Shown: positions 62,988 through 64,000 of the stretch, in pieces
Layout: each line of letters starts with the position of its first letter
How positions within the stretch are numbered: position 1 is the first letter of the stretch
The notes under the pieces: model-generated
What the model was told of the DNA's origin: nothing
Databases searched by the model: none
The model's input: only the letters and a program-made list of their open reading frames with translations
NCBI GenBank assembly: GCA_043799545.1
Contig: JAZDNO010000014.1
Span: 1-64,000 of the forward strand
Direction of reading: 5' to 3'
DNA: 64,000 nt
Source of the DNA: Methanobacteriota archaeon
GTDB taxonomy: Archaea > Thermoplasmatota > Thermoplasmata > SG8-5 > DAIRED01
Program-made: the position numbers and the translations under genes

Positions 62988-64000
62988 TCACACCCAGCCA
63001 CGCATGTGGCACGCCTCTGCTACCCTCGAAATCGCAATCATGTAAGCTGCGTCGCGCATCGAGACGCCCTTCTGCTTGGAAAGGTCGAGCACCGCGTGGA
63101 ACGACTTCGTCATCTTGTCGTCCAGCTTGGCGAGGACCTCGTCCCTCGTCCAGAAGTAGTTCATGTTCGACTGGACCTGCTCGAAGTAGCTGCAGACGAC
63201 CCCGCCGGAGTTCGACAGGAAGTCGGGTATCACCATGACTCCCTTGTCGTTCAAGGCCTTGTCGGCCTCCGGGGTCATCGGGCCATTCGCGCCCTCGATG
63301 ATTATCTTCACGCTCGGCTTCACGAGCCCGACGTTGTCGGTGTTCACCTGGTTCTCCAGCGCCGCCGGGATGAGGATGTCGACTTCCTGCTTGAGCCAGT
63401 CGTCGCCCGGGAGGATGCTGTAACCCATCGCTTTGGCCTTGTCCCTGTCTATCGATCCGAACCTGTCGGTGATGCTCTGGAGCTCTGCGAGGTCCACGCC
63501 CTTCTCCCTGAAGAACGTGTACGCCTTCGACTCTTTCTGGTCCCAGCAGGCCGTGGCCACGACCTTGCCCCCGTACCTCGTGTAGAGGTCTATTGAGAAC
63601 TGCGCCACGTTGCCGAAGCCCTGCACCGACGCCTTGGTCTTCTTGAGGTCTATGCCGCGGTCCTTGAGGGCCTCGCGGAGCTGGAACACCAGCCCGTAGC
63701 CCGTCGCCTCCTTTCTTCCGAGCGAGCCGCCCATGCCGACTGGCTTGCCGGTGATGAATCCCGGGTACTTGCCGCCAGTGATGGCCTCGTATTCGTCCAG
63801 GATCCAGAGCATGTGCTGCGCGTTAGTCATGACGTCCGGCGCCGGCACGTCCTTCACGGGGCCGACGTTGTTCACGACCTGCCTGACCCAGCCCCTGCAG
63901 ATTGCCTCCTGCTCCCTCATGGAGATGTTGTGCGGGTCGCATATGACCCCGCCCTTGCCTCCGCCGAGCGGTATGTCTGCGACGGCGCACTTCCAGGTCA
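62988..64000 (-). CDS. gdhA: Glutamate dehydrogenase (Glu/Leu/Phe/Val DH family; 5' end runs off the window)
   Basis: TWKCAVADIPLGGGKGG, DVPAPD, ITGKPVGMGGSLGRKEATG, QGFGNV, EGANGP, PDFLSNSGGV..SYFEQVQ. Confidence 0.93.
   Translation of the reverse strand, partial: TWKCAVADIPLGGGKGGVICDPHNISMREQEAICRGWVRQVVNNVGPVKDVPAPDVMTNAQHMLWILDEYEAITGGKYPGFITGKPVGMGGSLGRKEATGYGLVFQLREALKDRGIDLKKTKASVQGFGNVAQFSIDLYTRYGGKVVATACWDQKESKAYTFFREKGVDLAELQSITDRFGSIDRDKAKAMGYSILPGDDWLKQEVDILIPAALENQVNTDNVGLVKPSVKIIIEGANGPMTPEADKALNDKGVMVIPDFLSNSGGVVCSYFEQVQSNMNYFWTRDEVLAKLDDKMTKSFHAVLDLSKQKGVSMRDAAYMIAISRVAEACHMRGWV

Overview
Archaeal chromosome segment, mostly GC-rich. The fused RpoB, N-terminally extended RpoA'' and NosD/PKD/TSP3 surface proteins suggest Thermoplasmatota (inference). 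Most of the window is housekeeping: exosome/proteasome operon (psmA-SBDS-rrp4-rrp41-rrp42-rpl37ae-rpoP), DUF106-cmk-cbf5-Trm9-like, pcc1-pfdB-DHH, mcm-DUF424-NMD3, DRG GTPase, rpoK-eno-rps2, amrB, purA, nrdJ, rpoH-B-A1-A2-rpl30e-nusA and an ABC-2 exporter. Four things stand out. (1) A solitary AT-rich OLD-family ABC-ATPase/TOPRIM nuclease gene (22708-25347) with six exactly 48-aa prenyltransferase-like repeats inserted between the two halves of its ATPase, a candidate new defence sensor-effector. (2) A tRNA-Lys(UUU) gene with three BHB-type introns (41308-41475), overlapped only by spurious ORFs. (3) Three PEP-synthase/PPDK-like dikinase paralogs that keep the ATP-grasp and swivel His but lack the pyruvate-binding barrel. 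They carry receiver-like or GAF-like plus nucleotidyltransferase modules and cluster with a metallophosphoesterase and glutamate dehydrogenase (52852-64000), a candidate writer/eraser system for nitrogen regulation. (4) An in-frame TAG at a conserved position inside mcm. All domain calls come from motif recognition by eye; no searches were run.
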